DNA of 63,134 bases, filler included, from Craspedostauros australis (Eukaryota): the NCBI GenBank assembly GCA_030167865.1. It is 16 parts of 16 records of this genome, joined end to end, with 100 filler letters (N's around TTAATTAATTAA, not from the genome) between each part and the next. Parts side by side here need not be neighbours in the genome. Positions count along the whole stretch, not along the records: positions 61,826 to 63,134 come from JALAGF010004804.1; 15 more parts are not named here. One strand, written 5' to 3'. Positions 61,827 through 63,134 of this stretch are shown in pieces. The position numbers and the translations under genes were made by a program. Below the pieces are notes generated by a model. That model made no database searches and was not told the origin of the DNA. It saw only the letters and a program-made list of their open reading frames with translations. Each line of letters begins with the position of its first letter. The stretch's first letter is position 1.

Positions 61827-63134
61827 AAGTGCGCTGCCACCCACGCAAGCAATGTCGGTTGCAGCCCCCACAAGGTCAACAGGAGAGCTCGGTGGGCTGA
61901 GCCAAATGGTAAAATGATCACCCGCTATGTTGATGTCACTCTCTCATGCATTGATGCAGAGGTAGCATGCCAGTCCACCATCGGTGCGCCATGCAAGTAC
62001 AACGTGATCAATCCAGAATTGGTCACAGACNNNNNNNNNNNNNNNNNNNNNNNNNNNNNNNNNNNNNNNNNNNNNNNNNNCCCCCTTGCCCTTGCATTTG
62101 CTCGTGGACTCCTGTGGGGTGCGATGGATTCTAAGGCCTGCCAGATGATGCCTGCATGGCTCTCTGACAGTGTGCGTAAGGCCTACCGCAAGCTGGCACG
62201 GGAATCTAACTTGGACCCAGATGCTAACCCTGTGAAGCGAGTCTGCCTCTACGTTGGCAACGTGCGTGGTGCACTCAAGATTGCAGAGGGTCCACGTCCG
62301 AGCATGGATCAGGCAGCTGGTATGGATGGCAATCCATTCCAGGATTACCACCACACCAACGGGCTCGCAGAGGTTGCGGTCGACAGGTTGGATACCCAAA
62401 AGCGTGTCCTTGGCAACGTCATGGCGAGCGTTGAAGAGATCAGGTCTACCGTCCTGGCCAACCAGGTCAAGAGCAACAGGACGGAGACGAAGCAGGACCT
62501 GATGGAGACGAAGCTGGACAGGATNGAAAANAAGCTCGACGCCCTCTTCGATCTTCTTACGAAGAACAGCAACCATCAACCTCCCATCATCGATCCGGTA
62601 CCAGCAGCAACTGTGCCGATCAATGTGCCTATGTCAATCAATGTGCCTGTGCCAATCAATGCGACTGTGCCAATCAATGCGACTGTGCCAACCGCAGAAC
62701 CTGAACCAGCACCACCCACACCACCCACAGAACCTGCACCAACCGCAACATTCGCGCCAATGGAGGTCGAAACAGAACCATCCAAGGTGGAGCGAGCAGA
62801 GGCTGAAGCGCAACTCCAAGAACAGAGATTGGAGCGAATTCTTGCAGAGGCTGCAGAGCAGAAGCGAATCGCAAAGGAAGCGAGAGCCAGAGCAAGGACG
62901 ATCGCAAAGCAGACGGAGAAGCCTGCTCCAGGGCAAGCAGTCCTCACTAGACAAATCCGCACGTTGGAGCGGCTTTGGGAGGAGTACTTCGTGGGGATGA
63001 GGGGGTTGATTCCGGCGAAGAACATGGGAAAGGCCCTCCAGGACAACATTAATAAGTCCACCTTCGGGCGTCGCAGGTACATTTGGGAGGAGTTCGACCG
63101 TCTCGCTGAGAGAGGCATCGTCGGAGAACAAGAC
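61827..63134 (+). mobile_element. Crypton-like tyrosine recombinase ORF with a C-terminal GCR1_C-like domain, partial at both ends (absent from the ORF track)
   Basis: Open frame KCAATHA..G...V.RRARW...RYVD..L...DAEVA..GAPCKY, in frame across the gap to LWEEYFVG..G..PAK...FGRRRYIW. Confidence 0.7.

Overview
Eukaryotic, very probably pennate-diatom, DNA. It is not one locus: about 16 short contigs are joined by 15 artificial N44-TTAATTAATTAA-N44 linkers, so adjacency across linkers is meaningless. Host genes: a two-RRM nucleolin-like gene with one intron, an ankyrin+BTB gene with a partial paralog, a partial SLC34 Na/Pi cotransporter, and three Pro/Thr/Ser-rich secreted-type proteins, one with >90 copies of a 14-aa repeat. 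Also present are decayed gene fragments (ArgA-like, HI0933-like, SRR1-like, STAND ATPase) and many transposons (copia-like, LINE, mariner-like, Sola3-like, Harbinger/ISL2EU-like, Crypton-like). Most notable: (1) a complete 358-bp TRIM with identical 93-bp LTRs, a 6-bp TSD, PBS, PPT and tRNA-type Pol III B-boxes; (2) a copia-like element whose gag and pol are in frame, separated by one UGA followed by the CARYYA readthrough motif, with a PBS matching the anticodon arm of tRNA-Lys(CUU); (3) an LTR family with a conserved palindrome in place of a tRNA PBS. Family assignments rest on motif recognition, not database searches.
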